A stretch of 64,000 nt of DNA from Candidatus Borrarchaeum weybense (GCA_019057385.1 JAHQJS010000006.1:416001-480000), one strand, 5' to 3'; positions 1-10,239 are shown, counted from the stretch's first letter. Notes: generated by a model from the sequence alone, not told the origin. Numbers and translations: made by a program.

Positions 1-455
1 CAGAAGATAAACCGAAAAGTCTGAAAGCCTTTATAAAACAAAGAATTAGATGGGCAACTGGGGCAATTCAAGTAGCTAAAACGCATTTCAAAACGCTTTT
101 TTCTCAAGTTGGCATTTCAAGAACCAGAAAATTAGCCTATGCTACTTATATGCTATTTCCAATCATATTTTATCCCGCATTTATATTGGTGATACTTTTA
201 TTAACCTTTGAAAAATTGTTTTCATGGCCAGGCCTTGGTCTGTGGGTATATCCCCTTAATTACTTTATTTGGTGTGTACTCCTAGCAGTACCGCTCTGTT
301 GCAGTTGGTTGTACGTTTATGGCCTTGATAAATGGAAAACAGCATTTGTAGGACTTGCTTTCCCATTCATGGTTCCAGTCTATACAATAATAACAATCGG
401 AACTATTATCTCTCTTATACAAGGCAAACAAGAATGGTATAAAACCGAACGTTAG
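1..455 (+). CDS. Family 2 processive glycosyltransferase (cellulose-synthase-like), C-terminal part; truncated by window start
   Basis: Frame is open from nt 3 (EDKPKSLKAFIKQRIRWATG), containing the QxxRW motif, followed by TM helices and a terminal WYKTER. Confidence 0.85.
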   Translation, partial: EDKPKSLKAFIKQRIRWATGAIQVAKTHFKTLFSQVGISRTRKLAYATYMLFPIIFYPAFILVILLLTFEKLFSWPGLGLWVYPLNYFIWCVLLAVPLCCSWLYVYGLDKWKTAFVGLAFPFMVPVYTIITIGTIISLIQGKQEWYKTER

Positions 456-470
456 AGATATATCTGAGTA

Positions 471-1352
471 ATGGACAGAGGAAAGATTATGAAGAAAAGG
501 ATATGGGGGTCATTAATCATCGCCCTTGTTATTATCCTGTATAGTTTGGCAGCTATTCAACCTGTTTTTGCCAAAAATGTCTCAGTTACTACAGATTGGA
601 GTTGGAAAGCCTATTCTGCAATTCCTCCTAATTCCACTGATTGGACTGAAGTAAATTATGAAGATACTTTCTGGTGGGATGTTGACGCTCCACATAAACA
701 CAAGGTTAGTCCCTCAGATATTCACAATATGGAGGGCACGAGCGCTCAATGGATCTGGTCCGCAAGTGCTGGTGGCGATGATGTTTTTGTATACTTTAGA
801 AAAAGTTTCTACCTTACAAAAAATCCTACTTCAGCACAGCTAGCCATCACAGCAGATGACGACTATTGGTTGTATGTAAATGGAATATTTGTTGGATCGG
901 ATTCACATTATTTTGGTGATGCTCCAGAATTTCATTGGCAAACGGCTGAGATTTACGATGTCACTTCGCTTTTACGTGAAGGTAAAAATGTAATTGCCGT
1001 TAAGGTCTATGATTGGGGTCTATATGAAGGTCTCTTGGTAGATTGTACTATAGAAGGGTCTGAATTAAGTCCAATAAACTTCTGGGTTGCGTTTCCACGT
1101 TGGATTGGATTCTTAGTCTTTGGTATTGCAATTTTTTCGATAGTTTTAGCGGTTTATTACATTCCACGACGAGTTTCAAAGAAAACATTAATTGTAATTA
1201 TCACAAGCAGAGGCAAAATTTCTTTTAAGACACTAGCTGACCAAATGGGCAGGGATGAGAGGCGAATTCGTAAAAAAGTGAAAGAATTAATTACAGAAAA
1301 CAAATTAAAAGCGCACATATCTGAAGATAGAAAAGAAGTTGAACTTGACTAG
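471..1352 (+). CDS. Membrane protein: signal peptide, carbohydrate-binding jelly-roll (rhamnosidase/GH2 N-terminal-like), TM helix, cytoplasmic winged-helix/PCI-like tail
   Basis: N-terminal hydrophobic signal; AQWIW, YFRKSF, ITADDDYWLYVNG and LREGKNVIAVKV motifs; TM at ~aa 212-232; tail GKISFKTLADQMG...KELITENKLKAHI. Confidence 0.7.
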   Translation: MDRGKIMKKRIWGSLIIALVIILYSLAAIQPVFAKNVSVTTDWSWKAYSAIPPNSTDWTEVNYEDTFWWDVDAPHKHKVSPSDIHNMEGTSAQWIWSASAGGDDVFVYFRKSFYLTKNPTSAQLAITADDDYWLYVNGIFVGSDSHYFGDAPEFHWQTAEIYDVTSLLREGKNVIAVKVYDWGLYEGLLVDCTIEGSELSPINFWVAFPRWIGFLVFGIAIFSIVLAVYYIPRRVSKKTLIVIITSRGKISFKTLADQMGRDERRIRKKVKELITENKLKAHISEDRKEVELD

Positions 1353-1383
1353 TTTAAGAACTTTTTTCACCACTCCCGCCTCT

Positions 1384-1415
1384 GGAAGCCCCTATCCTTT
1401 AGGGGGGTAATTTAC
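1384..1415 (+). mobile_element. Solo IS200/IS605-type right-end hairpin
   Basis: GGAAGCCCCTATCCTTTAGGGGGGTAATTTAC resembles the ends at 20107-20139 and 33167-33309. Confidence 0.55.
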
Positions 1416-1915
1416 ATTGCTGGAATGCATTCCAATGTTTTACGCAAAAGAACTGCGATAGCCTTCCCAATACCCTCTCCTGTTATTGCACTTGTACCCA
1501 CAATAGAAAAGGAATCTCCAGCAGCTAGAGAGAAATATTCCACGTCTAAGGCATCGGGTAAATCCTGTTTATTTGCAACTAGAACAAAAGGGACCGTATC
1601 TGGAAGTTTATTTAACAATCGTTGCAGCATCTTCACTGCAGTTGAAAATGTGTGAGGTCTTGAGCTGTCAAAAAGAACAAGTAAGCCATCTGCTCCTTGA
1701 ACTAAGATTTCTCTCATAAATTCGAAGTGTTCATGACCTGGCGTACCAAAAGCAAAGATTTTTATTCCAGACAGATTACAACGTCCAAAATCTAAAGCGA
1801 CTGTTCTACCTTCATCATTATTTATGCTAAGTGCTCGTTTTCCACTAAGTTTTTTAATAAAAGTAGATTTGCCGCAAGCTATGGGACCAGTCACAACTAA
1901 TTTAAATCTAGACAA
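1412..1915 (-). CDS. Small GTPase (MglA/Arf-like, ATP_bind_1-type)
   Basis: G1 GPIACGKST, G2 TVALDFG, G3 GTPG, G4 NKQD, G5 SA. Confidence 0.9.
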   Translation of the reverse strand: MSRFKLVVTGPIACGKSTFIKKLSGKRALSINNDEGRTVALDFGRCNLSGIKIFAFGTPGHEHFEFMREILVQGADGLLVLFDSSRPHTFSTAVKMLQRLLNKLPDTVPFVLVANKQDLPDALDVEYFSLAAGDSFSIVGTSAITGEGIGKAIAVLLRKTLECIPAM

Positions 1916-2057
1916 CGGGATACCTCAGTTTTGTAATCTATTTCAGAACATCGATATTTGATTTAAGAATGCGTAACACTGGGGTATGATAGATTTTCAA
2001 AATCTTGTCTTGATTCAGTCTAAAAGAAAAAGAAAATGTAATTTGATATGTGATTGA

Positions 2058-2477
2058 CTATTCTCCAATGATTTGAACTATTATTTCTCTGGAGCGGGAC
2101 TTTACATCAAGTTCAAGAAAAACAATCTGTTGCCAAGTTCCCAATATCAGTCTTTTTTCATTAAAAGGTACTGTAAGACTTGGTCCTAAAATAGATGCCC
2201 TAACATGGCTATGCCCATTGCCGTCATGCCAGAGTTCATGATGCTTGTAGTATGCGTTTTTCGGGGCGAATTTCTCAAGTGCATTAGGTAAATCTTCTAT
2301 TAAGCCTGGTTCGTACTCGATAGTTGTAATAGCTCCTGTCGCCCCAGGACAGAAAACTGTGGCGATTCCGTTATTTAAATTAGTTTCTTGAATTACCTTA
2401 TTTACAGACTTGGAGATATCAATGATATCTACTTCACCTTTAGTTTGAAACTTGATTTTTTTTGTCACTACGGTCAT
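2058..2477 (-). CDS. yjbQ: YjbQ/UPF0047 family protein
   Basis: HDGNGHSHVRAS and LILGTWQQI motifs. Confidence 0.9.
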   Translation of the reverse strand: MTVVTKKIKFQTKGEVDIIDISKSVNKVIQETNLNNGIATVFCPGATGAITTIEYEPGLIEDLPNALEKFAPKNAYYKHHELWHDGNGHSHVRASILGPSLTVPFNEKRLILGTWQQIVFLELDVKSRSREIIVQIIGE

Positions 2478-2515
2478 TTCCTCCTCTCCTAGTTATTTTT
2501 TGACTATTTTTCCGA

Positions 2516-3343
2516 TCAGAAGATTTGCGAACTTTTTTTCTTTAAAAGCCCTGAGGCACCTTTTCTAATATCTTTTCCTTCTATCGTCTTCCTTTGAGAC
2601 GTACTTGCAATATTGGCTGCCCTTACGACAGTTTGAATGATTATATTTTCTAAAATATCTCGGAGAACATCTGGTGCATCTTGGCCTATTCTTTTTGCAC
2701 CAGCATCTTTTAGTAATCTCCTCATTGTAGTCTTTTTTAACTCATGTGTGTATAGTTTTGTTAAATCCCATCTTCTAATGAAATTTACAATAGCATCAAT
2801 GAGATCCCTTTCTCCTAATTTTCTATTTTTAGCTGCGATTTCGAGTTGAACAGCATGCACTCCTCTTGAGATCTTTCCGTGATACGATACGATATCACCG
2901 CCCATATACTGAGGTGCCTCCATAAATGCATATTCACCCTGAATATCTCTTGCTTCGAGTTCTTCACGGAGCATTTCAATATAATCAACGTCAATAGTAA
3001 CTCCACCAGACGTGCCAAATAAAACAGTAATTTCTTCGAATGATGTAATTGGTTTTTCCATACCATGAATGTCTAAGAGAAGCACTTCTGAATGAGTTTT
3101 AAGGAGATCAGTGATGATTTCTTGAATCCTCTTACGAAAAGGTGTGTCTCTCCACTTAGCCCTGTTGTAGTCTTTATCTTCACGTGAGACAGTCGCAATC
3201 AAGGCATATGCTCCAACTTCGATTGCAACTCTATATGCTATTTCACCTGTTAAGAGATCTGCACGTGGACCCATAGCATGAGGCGCCGTCAATAAGACTG
3301 GTATGTCTCCAGGAATCTCAATAAATCCTTTTAAAGTCAACAT
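2516..3343 (-). CDS. N-formylglutamate amidohydrolase-like metallohydrolase fused to a C-terminal archaeal histone fold
   Basis: LLTAPHA, SR..KDYNR, LLDIHGM and AVQLEI hydrolase motifs. The last 75 aa (2516-2743) RRLLKDAGAKRIGQDA...RKTIEGKDI align with HMfB. Probable ATG at 3343 after GTGGAG (track start 3427). Confidence 0.8.
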   Translation of the reverse strand: MLTLKGFIEIPGDIPVLLTAPHAMGPRADLLTGEIAYRVAIEVGAYALIATVSREDKDYNRAKWRDTPFRKRIQEIITDLLKTHSEVLLLDIHGMEKPITSFEEITVLFGTSGGVTIDVDYIEMLREELEARDIQGEYAFMEAPQYMGGDIVSYHGKISRGVHAVQLEIAAKNRKLGERDLIDAIVNFIRRWDLTKLYTHELKKTTMRRLLKDAGAKRIGQDAPDVLRDILENIIIQTVVRAANIASTSQRKTIEGKDIRKGASGLLKKKSSQIF

Positions 3344-3544
3344 ATTTTTCTCCACAGACTTCGATGACCTCATAGAATTCCCTTGTGACTGCGGTGACAG
3401 AATGCAAAACTTCTTGATTACTTTCAATTCAAGGCTTATAAAAAAATATTTTATAATTGCTTTGTATTTATCTAGCGATTAAGATATTGCGAATCATCAA
3501 ACACTAACCTCATTAGACGAAATATATCTGTTTGAGGGATCGAT

Positions 3545-5020
3545 TTGGGTGTCATCGAAAATATTTGTCGTGAGTACGAAGTTGCTATCGGACTTGAAGA
3601 GGAACTGTTAATCATTTCAAAGGATGGGACACTTGTAGCTGCTGCAGACCAACTGATGGAAACTGCTGCAAGCCTATTGAACCAAGATGCCGAAAGACTG
3701 GAACGTATAATGTTGAAAATTAGGTCTCTGGATCCAGAACCCAACCTGGCACAAATTGAGCATGTGAGTTTACCGATTCCACTTTCAGAAGTTCCTTCAG
3801 CAATCACCGAAGGAAGGGCGCTTCTCTTAGATTCCGCAAAAAGCCTAGGCTATAAATTGTTTGTTCAAAGTTTACACCCTCTTGAGAGCAATCCACATCC
3901 TATGTGTGGAACTCATATCAATGTATCTGCAAAACGAATAGCTAACGAGATAATGAATCCTAAAGAGATATTAGCCGTATACAACCATCTTTGGAATCAT
4001 CTTCCAGAGCTCATAGCCTTATCTGCAAATACGCCAATCATTCAAGGAGAGAAGGGAGCGGTTAGTAATCGTGTTCTGAACTCAACTGTTCTGAAACCAA
4101 ATCCTTTTGGAAAGTTACAGATCCCTCGTCATCAACCTGCTTTAGTTCAAAATGAATACTATGGTGCCCTACGCTACTCGTTAAAAATAGGTGCACTTGA
4201 AAAAGAGCCAACAATAATCGCAAACACAACAGGACATAGATTACGCGACATTACACCGCGCGGCCCCTCTACAAACATTTCAGACGATAAGGAAGATAGT
4301 TTTACTCGAAATCGTATTGAAACAAGAATTTTTGACAATCAAAGAGAACCGAGAAGGTTAGTAGACTTATCGAGAATTGTGAGTGGGCTTGCAATTGAAG
4401 CACTGTGTCTTTTAGAAAAGGGCAGCCAAATTATTGAAAACCGTGCTCATGCTGTAAATCGAGAAAGAGCGATTTTAGATGGCATAAATGCCACTTTCTT
4501 ACATGAAAAGAATGGTTCTGTCATAGAAATTCCTGCTAGAGAAAGAGTTCTTGAAATGCTTAATCGGACAGAGATGCACAGAGAACTTCTAGGCGCAAAA
4601 CTTCAGACTGATTTGAAAAATGCAAAGACTGAAGTAGAAATAAAACGACCTCGCTTAGAAGTTGCGTATTCCAACCCTGAATTTGAACGTTTGCGAAGAA
4701 GTGGTAAAACGGTAGTATCCGTTCGCTTTGGAAAGGTTAAGAATGTTTCGGACATACGAAGTAGCAAGAAATATAAGATTTCGAGAGGTCAGACTATTAC
4801 AGGAAAACTTGGAATTGGGCTTTCTTTGACTTTTGATGAATCAGAAGCAACTCCAGGTCTAGTAACTGATTTCAAGGATGTTTTAATGAAAAACTATCTG
4901 CTGGTTTCAAGTATCCGTATTCCTCTCAATGAGTCGGATGAAATCATTGCTGCGATTTCTGAAGAAGAATACATGAGGAGACAGTTTTTTGGTGCGGATG
5001 CCTTTCCGTACTTTTTTTAA
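3545..5020 (+). CDS. GCS2/YbdK-family carboxylate-amine (glutamate-amine) ligase with an extra C-terminal beta-rich domain
   Basis: IGLEEE, QIE, CGTHINV, ALSANTP, DITPR and RIETRIFD motifs, followed by a ~130-aa extension. Confidence 0.8.
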   Translation: MGVIENICREYEVAIGLEEELLIISKDGTLVAAADQLMETAASLLNQDAERLERIMLKIRSLDPEPNLAQIEHVSLPIPLSEVPSAITEGRALLLDSAKSLGYKLFVQSLHPLESNPHPMCGTHINVSAKRIANEIMNPKEILAVYNHLWNHLPELIALSANTPIIQGEKGAVSNRVLNSTVLKPNPFGKLQIPRHQPALVQNEYYGALRYSLKIGALEKEPTIIANTTGHRLRDITPRGPSTNISDDKEDSFTRNRIETRIFDNQREPRRLVDLSRIVSGLAIEALCLLEKGSQIIENRAHAVNRERAILDGINATFLHEKNGSVIEIPARERVLEMLNRTEMHRELLGAKLQTDLKNAKTEVEIKRPRLEVAYSNPEFERLRRSGKTVVSVRFGKVKNVSDIRSSKKYKISRGQTITGKLGIGLSLTFDESEATPGLVTDFKDVLMKNYLLVSSIRIPLNESDEIIAAISEEEYMRRQFFGADAFPYFF

Positions 5021-5080
5021 ACATGCTTTTTCTTTCAAAAATCCAAAAAATTAAGAAAAAAGTTGGTTTTTCTATACGAC

Positions 5081-6154
5081 CTATGATCTTTCTGCATCCT
5101 GTTCTGAAATAAAATTCGAGAATCGTTGATGAGCAGTTGTGATACCCATATGCATCGGCGGATGTTTAAATCCATAGGCTGAAACTTCAACAAGAGCCCC
5201 TGTCATATTTCTATCTAAAGCAATCTTTACACCTCTAATAACATCTAAGAGCACACTCACGCCAGCACTTGCATCAGGTAAGGTCAATCTAATATCTACA
5301 GTAACAGGCTGTCCCGCAAAACACTTTCCTTTTATCCAAAAGTAACTAGCTCGGACGTCTTTCATGAAGTCCACAAAATCAGTTGATCCAGCGACTAATG
5401 GAACCTCATAAGGTATAGAACTACTAACCGACTCAGTTTTCACCGATCTCTTCTTTGTATAGCCCTTTTCATCAATGGCTGCAAGCGATTCCGAACCACC
5501 GCCTATGTCGAGCTGGTAACTCTCATCGATATGTACTCCCCTTTGAACACACAGATTAATGAGAGCCTTATGCAAAACAGTCGACCCAATTTGATTCATA
5601 AGGTCATCACCAGCGACAATGCATCCTGCTGAATAAAACTGTTCGCTCCAGTATGGATCTGAAGCTATCAGAATAGGAGTTGGATTGATAAAAGCACATT
5701 TTGTTTCAATTGCTGTTTGAGCCCACCATTTTGACGCTTTTTCGGCAGTACTTGGAAGCAAGTTGATTATTATTTCTGCACCGCTTGCTCTTATGACCTC
5801 CTTAACCTCTGCAGGCTCAGAATTATCTACTTGTATCATTTCTTCCAAAGCACCTTCTGTTGAGCCTAATGGGTCACATTTGTAGACAGTAACATTCAAT
5901 TCGGGGATTTCTGCAAACTTAGGGACATTATTTGGATCTGCAAAGATTGCTGCGCTTAAATCTTTCCCTACTTTTCGTTTATCAATATCAAATGCAGCTA
6001 CAATTTCAATGTCAGTGATTTGGTATTTTCCTAGGGTGATGTTAAGAAGGCCAAGAGCCACTTCACCCTCTTTTGCATCTTTGTAATATTGTAAACCTTG
6101 AACAAGCGCTGAACAAAAATTTCCAACGCCTACAATAGCAACTTTGATTGGCAT
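5081..6154 (-). CDS. ino1: Myo-inositol-1-phosphate synthase
   Basis: IKVAIVGVGN.CSALVQG, AFDIDKRKVGKDLS, AGDDL..QIGST, YQLDIGG, FKHPP. Confidence 0.9.
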   Translation of the reverse strand: MPIKVAIVGVGNFCSALVQGLQYYKDAKEGEVALGLLNITLGKYQITDIEIVAAFDIDKRKVGKDLSAAIFADPNNVPKFAEIPELNVTVYKCDPLGSTEGALEEMIQVDNSEPAEVKEVIRASGAEIIINLLPSTAEKASKWWAQTAIETKCAFINPTPILIASDPYWSEQFYSAGCIVAGDDLMNQIGSTVLHKALINLCVQRGVHIDESYQLDIGGGSESLAAIDEKGYTKKRSVKTESVSSSIPYEVPLVAGSTDFVDFMKDVRASYFWIKGKCFAGQPVTVDIRLTLPDASAGVSVLLDVIRGVKIALDRNMTGALVEVSAYGFKHPPMHMGITTAHQRFSNFISEQDAERS

Positions 6155-6223
6155 TCTTTCACCTTCAAATAATAAACTGTAAATTGTAGAGACCGGTTTA
6201 TACTCGGATTAATAAATAATTCG

Positions 6224-6970
6224 TTATTTTATCTTTTTCTTAGTAATGAAAAACCAACGTTTTGCGTCTTTTCTTATTTTGTTAAATTCAAAATCGGAGT
6301 AGGTTTCAAGAATCTCGAATTCTGCTTCTTTTAGCAATTTTTTAATCGTTTTTAGTTCGTATGCCCTTTCAATGTACTTCTCGTAAAACCGATCGTATTT
6401 TCCGTCTTTCGTTTTCTTAAATAGAATAACCTCTCCGATCCATAGATCTGGTTCTCGTGAATGTGAGTTTAACCAAATTAATTCCGCATCACCAAAGTCA
6501 TAATAATCAGCCTTATATTGGGGTAGTATTTGATTTATTTTGAAATCAGAGTTCATATCAAAGATAAACACTCCATCTTGATTCAGGTGTTTGCTTATCG
6601 TTTTGAAGCATTTTTGGAGACTATCTTCTTGTAAAATATAGTTTAATGAATCATAAGTGCAGATTATCAGATCGTATTTCTGCCCAAGATTGAATTCAAC
6701 CATATTGCTTTGATATACCTTCAGACCTCGTTTTTTTGCAATTTCCAACATTTTTTCGGAAATATCTAAGCCTTCGATGTCATATCCCTCATCAATAAAA
6801 ATCTTAGCCAATCTCCCCGTTCCGCAAGCAAGGTCCAATATTATTTTTGGTTTATAATTAATCTCTTTGAGAATTTCCGAGATGAAGTTATAATACTCGG
6901 CGTAGAATTCATCAGGAGTGATTTTATCATAGATTTCAGCGAGTTTTTGGTATGGTCTCATGGTGTCCAT
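6224..6970 (-). CDS. Class I SAM-dependent methyltransferase
   Basis: ILDLACGTG motif I, YDSLNY, GVFIFD. Confidence 0.9.
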   Translation of the reverse strand: MDTMRPYQKLAEIYDKITPDEFYAEYYNFISEILKEINYKPKIILDLACGTGRLAKIFIDEGYDIEGLDISEKMLEIAKKRGLKVYQSNMVEFNLGQKYDLIICTYDSLNYILQEDSLQKCFKTISKHLNQDGVFIFDMNSDFKINQILPQYKADYYDFGDAELIWLNSHSREPDLWIGEVILFKKTKDGKYDRFYEKYIERAYELKTIKKLLKEAEFEILETYSDFEFNKIRKDAKRWFFITKKKIK

Positions 6971-7067
6971 AATCTCATAACTTAGTGAATCTATTTATTA
7001 AAGTTTTAGAAAATTAGAGCAATCTACCGTATATCAGTATCTTTAAATTCTGCAAAGTTTTTCTACT

Positions 7068-8243
7068 ATGTATAGCGGTTTAGAGGGGAGTCCAAGAATG
7101 GGATTTAGATTTTTTCAACCAAAAGAAAGTATATGTCAAATATGCGGTTCAAAAAGTGTTGAAATATCCGAACTCTTAGGTATTTGTGGTGATTGTATAA
7201 GAGAAAATCCACCATCTTCACTTCCTTTTATAAAAATGGCACATAAAGAAGCAAGAATGCCTTATGGTCTACCCGCTGATCCGCCAAAAACCCCTAATGG
7301 AATTAAATGTAACTTCTGTTCTAATGAATGCTCTTTAGGAGAGAATGAGGTAGGTTACTGTGGAATACGTAGGAATGAAAATGGGCGTTTCACAAAGGTT
7401 GGAACTGAATATGCACTTTACCATGCTTATTTAGATTCCCATGTAACTAATTGTTGTGCAGCATGGTTTTGTCCAGCAGGTACAGGTAATGGATATCCTA
7501 AATATGCATATCGTGAAGGACCTGAACAAGGATATTCTAATTTAGCAATATTTTGTTATGGATGTAATTTTAATTGCCTATTCTGCCAGAATGCGTCTCA
7601 TAAAGAACTTCCAAAGCACATGATGAATATAGAAGATTTCGTAAAAGTTGTCAGAAAAAATGAACAAATTAGTTGTATATGTTTCTTTGGAGGCTCTCCT
7701 GAACCACAATTGCCATTTGCCCTTAATGCATCTAAACGTGTTTTAGAATTAAAGAAAAAGATATTACGGATTTGCTGGGAATGGAACGGATGTGGTAACT
7801 CGTCCTTTGTAAAAAAAGCAGCCCAACTTTCTCTTGAAACCGGAGGAAATATAAAATTCGATTTGAAAGCAGCCACGCCCTCTCTGAGTTTAGCCCTCTC
7901 TGCAGTCGATAATACGAAAGCCTTCGAAAATTTCGAAATGATAGCAAAAGAGTTTTATAATGAGCGTCCAAACTTACCTCTCCTCATGGCCTCCACCTTA
8001 CTTGTGCCGGGGTATGTAAGTGCTGCAGAAGTAGAGCAAATCGCACTATTTATATCGGAAATAAATCCAGATATCCCCTATTCCCTTTTGGCGTTTTATC
8101 CTGCGTTTAAAATGATGGATTTACCCCCAACCTCTAAGGTCCAGGCATCAGAATGCTATCACATTGCTAAGAAATACCTTAACAGGGTAAATATAGGAAA
8201 TTTGCATATCTTGGGTATTAAAGCACAAAATGAATTACTATGA
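7068..8243 (+). CDS. Radical SAM protein (PFL-activase / AmmeMemoRadiSam-like)
   Basis: GCNFNCLFCQN CxxxCxxC motif, additional N-terminal Cys clusters, FFGGSPEP. Confidence 0.9.
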   Translation: MYSGLEGSPRMGFRFFQPKESICQICGSKSVEISELLGICGDCIRENPPSSLPFIKMAHKEARMPYGLPADPPKTPNGIKCNFCSNECSLGENEVGYCGIRRNENGRFTKVGTEYALYHAYLDSHVTNCCAAWFCPAGTGNGYPKYAYREGPEQGYSNLAIFCYGCNFNCLFCQNASHKELPKHMMNIEDFVKVVRKNEQISCICFFGGSPEPQLPFALNASKRVLELKKKILRICWEWNGCGNSSFVKKAAQLSLETGGNIKFDLKAATPSLSLALSAVDNTKAFENFEMIAKEFYNERPNLPLLMASTLLVPGYVSAAEVEQIALFISEINPDIPYSLLAFYPAFKMMDLPPTSKVQASECYHIAKKYLNRVNIGNLHILGIKAQNELL

Positions 8244-8285
8244 AAAAAAGAAGCCTCTTGTAGAAACTACCAACCTTACAATTAT

Positions 8286-9020
8286 TTATAAAACAGCGGA
8301 ATGGTTGATAACATTCCACATTTTATAATAATCATCAATCTTTCCGTTGGCGGAAAGACCAGCCTTAAGGTTATCGGGCTGTGCGCTCGTCACCGAGTTC
8401 AACACATGCTTCATTACTACTGTTTTTTTCAGTATTTCAGCAGTCTTGAAGGACGTTATCCCGCTATGCTTGAAGAGTTTATGGATCTGTGACCAGCTAC
8501 GGTAAGGACTACCCTTTTTCAAATGAGGTTCTATGTACTCCTCAACTTGTGAGAGCACCCAATCGTAGATGGCTGGAAATGCTTCCTTAAACCCTAGCCC
8601 TCTTCGAGCTATTACATAACTTGCGAAGTGATGGACTGTCAAATTATGTAATCCTGAATATTTGTAGTTCCCAATGAGGGAGGTATATCCTGGAAATACT
8701 TTTCGAAAGGACACACCGCGCTTTTTGCATTTTCTCTCTAATAATTGCAAGGCGGTGGTCTTCAAATTGCTCAGTTTTCGGTTGCGTGTTGTATTATAGG
8801 AAAATTCTTGCTCTAATTGTAAATCTTCAACTACAATTCCTTTACCTTTATTGATGCAATAATTGACGACTTTATCCATTTTATAGGAGATATAATCATT
8901 ACGTTTATCTGTTCTATAGCTGTGAAGATTGCCAAATGATATTTTGCGATAGGAAAGCAATGTGCCGTTCTGATTCACGTTTGTTAACGCCACAAAATTA
9001 TAATTAAAATCTAAGCCGCT
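8286..9020 (-). pseudogene. tnpB: 5'-truncated IS200/IS605 TnpB-related protein
   Basis: Frame extends above the track start to SGLDFNYNFVAL (RuvC-I) then a stop. IVVEDL (RuvC-II) and PGYTSLIG..KY....H..ASYVIARRG are present. The N-terminal REC/WED half is missing. Confidence 0.75.
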
Positions 9021-9853
9021 TTACTTCACTTCATTTATAAAGACATAATTTTGCTTATAAAGAAATAAGTTTTTTTCAACGTTGTGTCTTAAGTTTAGGG
9101 TTTTTTACGTTCAATAACGGAAGACCGAAGGCTTTATCTTATTTTTAAAAGAAATAACAAATCTTTCTTACCTTAATTATTTTGAATTAATCATTACACA
9201 GTTTCAGCGTTATATAAAATCTCTTTCAACGCTATGCTATAACATTCTACCGTCATCAGGATTCATAACGACTACCGACTGTCTTCCTTCTTGTTATTCC
9301 AATATAAATCTGATTTGCTGTTTCAAAGTTTTGATTGAAAACCTCATGGTGACCCATCAAGACGTTATCGATAATACTCACTGCCTTTTCCTTCAAAAAT
9401 AACTCACAAAGGATTTTATAAGGTTTAAAGAATCCATTCCATTTCTCTGGCTTATAGACTTCATTCATCAACAGTCACCTTTATTATTTTCCTCATAGAC
9501 TAACAGCACCGCTTAAAAAATGCACTGAGCACATTTATTCCAATAATATAATTTGTAAAAAATTTAAAATGAGTTTTGAATTGTGCAATTCTTTTCAAAC
9601 GAGTTTTCTTAATAAAGAAATATAAATAACAAAAATTCTGTTGTCATATTCTATCTTCAAACGTAAAATATCACCAGGGACAAACAAATACTCTTTTTGA
9701 AGCACAAGTTAACACAGATTTGATTTAATACATAAATCTGTTAAACTGCTAAATTTTTGTTTTAGTCCGCACTGAACGATAGTTTTAAATACAATATACT
9801 TATTGTTGCCTTGAGATTTTTTTCATCCTATTTTTAATTTTGTCTTCCCTTCG

Positions 9854-10180
9854 GTGACAATTGTGACAGAACAACGTAAGGAGCTTCCAATTCCATTTCC
9901 AGCGTCCCCAGAGGAAATTACAGTTGGCCCAGGACATCTTACGAAATATGAAAAGAGTAGAATAATCGGTGCGCGTGCATTACAACTTTCCATGGGCGCA
10001 CCCATCCTTGTAGATTCTGAAGAAGCTCTTGACCCGATTATTATTGCAGAACACGAGTTATTAAGTAATGTATTACCCCTTACAATTCGAAGATATCTTC
10101 CTGATGGTAGATGTCAGGATATCCCGCTGCGAATTCTGCGAAGCTCTCCATTTCTGCTGGAAAAAGAAAACGATCAGTAG
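9854..10180 (+). CDS. rpoK: DNA-directed RNA polymerase subunit K (Rpo6)
   Basis: [22 protein letters not shown]...[12 protein letters not shown]. Confidence 0.95.
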   Translation: MTIVTEQRKELPIPFPASPEEITVGPGHLTKYEKSRIIGARALQLSMGAPILVDSEEALDPIIIAEHELLSNVLPLTIRRYLPDGRCQDIPLRILRSSPFLLEKENDQ

Positions 10181-10239
10181 TAACATCTTTTCTTATTACA
10201 CATTTCCTGGAATAAAAAACGATTTTAGGACCATTCATG

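Noticed and set aside
9256-9471. 71-aa ORF next to the tnpB relic
   Set aside because: No recognisable motif and it lies in AT-rich decayed DNA; it may be a gene fragment but is not supportable.
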